A stretch of DNA of 64,000 nt, from NCBI RefSeq assembly GCF_009914755.1, contig NC_060925.1; one strand, given 5' to 3'. Of the stretch, positions 63,153-64,000 are shown piece after piece. The first letter of the stretch is position 1. Each line of letters opens with the position of its first letter. This DNA is from the human T2T-CHM13v2.0 reference genome, Homo sapiens. The notes beneath the pieces are model-generated. The model ran no database searches. It saw nothing but the letters and a program-made list of their open reading frames with translations, and was not told where the DNA came from. Position numbers and translations under genes: made by a program.

Positions 63153-63998
63153 TCAACCACTGTGTGTTGGGGGCGGGGGGCCTAAAACCAGCTGTAACCA
63201 AGTGTCTACGTACCGGAACTGGTCTGGCTGTAACCAAGTGTCTACGTACCGGAACTGGTCTGGCTGTAACCAAGTGTCTACGTACCGGAACTGGTCTGGC
63301 TGTAACCAAGTGTCTACGTACCGGAACTGGTCTGGCTGTAACCAAGTGTCTACGTACCGGAACTGGTCTGGCTGTAACCAAGTGTCTACGTACCGGAACT
63401 GGTCTGGCTGTAACCAAGTGTCTACGTACCGGAACTGGTCTGGCTGTAACCAAGTGTCTACGTACCGGAACTGGTCTGGCTGTAACCAAGTGTCTACGTA
63501 CCGGAACTGGTCTGGCTGTAACCAAGTGTCTATGTACCGGAACTGGTCTGGCTGTAACCAAGTGTCTATGTACCGGAACTGGTCTGGCTGTAACCAAGTG
63601 TCTACGTACCGGAACTGGTCTGGCTGTAACCAAGTGTCTACGTACCGGAACTGGTCTGGCTGTAACCAAGTGTCTATGTACCGGAACTGGTCTGGCTGTA
63701 ACCAAGTGTCTATGTACCGGAACTGGTCTGGCTGTAACCAAGTGTCTACGTACCGGAACTGGTCTGGCTGTAACCAAGTGTCTACGTACCGGAACTGGTC
63801 TGGCTGTAACCAAGTGTCTACGTACCGGAACTGGTCTGGCTGTAACCAAGTGTCTACGTACCGGAACTGGTCTGGCTGTAACCAAGTGTCTACGTACCGG
63901 AACTGGTCTGGCTGTAACCAAGTGTCTATGTACCGGAACTGGTCTGGCTGTAACCAAGTGTCTACGTACCGGAACTGGTCTGGATTCCCTGGCTTACA
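63153..63998 (-). pseudogene. gag matrix fragment with in-frame 12-aa repeat expansion (5' end outside the window)
   Basis: Hand translation: CKPGN-(PDQFRY[V/I]DTWLQ)x22-LVLGPPPPTHSG*; resembles MLV MA GHPDQVPYIVTW. Confidence 0.8.
63191..63982. repeat. 36-bp minisatellite (VNTR-like), exactly 22 copies
   Basis: gctgtaaccaagtgtcta(c/t)gtaccggaactggtctg; 792 bp = 22 x 36; only one variable position. Confidence 0.98.
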
Positions 63999-64000
63999 GG

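Larger units (their letters stand above)
57038..64000 (-). mobile_element. LTR2/Harlequin (HERV-E-related mosaic) provirus, continuing beyond the window
   Basis: 3' LTR, PPT, env, pol fragment, a second env-like fragment and gag MA fragment, all on the minus strand. Confidence 0.9.

Noticed and set aside
63191-63982. CRISPR array (36-bp repeats)
   Set aside because: Units are head-to-tail with no unique spacers, there are no cas genes, and the context is primate ERV gag.

Overview
Primate (most likely human) intergenic DNA with no intact host protein-coding exons visible. It is dominated by interspersed repeats: about 20 Alus, L1, L2, MIR, MaLR/ERV LTRs and DNA transposons. Three landmarks stand out. 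(1) A TSD-flanked processed pseudogene of HSP90B1/GRP94 (37083-38943, probably HSP90B3P) that seems to join the first ~24 nt of the mRNA directly to the codon ~285 region. (2) A solo HERV-H LTR7-family LTR (21785-22248) inside an old L1. (3) A minus-strand LTR2/Harlequin (HERV-E-related mosaic) provirus from 57038 to beyond the window end, with a G-to-A-biased env. Its gag matrix region carries a near-perfect 22 x 36-bp tandem array (63191-63982) that repeats the gammaretroviral MA motif PDQFRYVDTWLQ in frame. Repeat subfamily names and parent or consensus comparisons come from recognition and memory, not from a database search.
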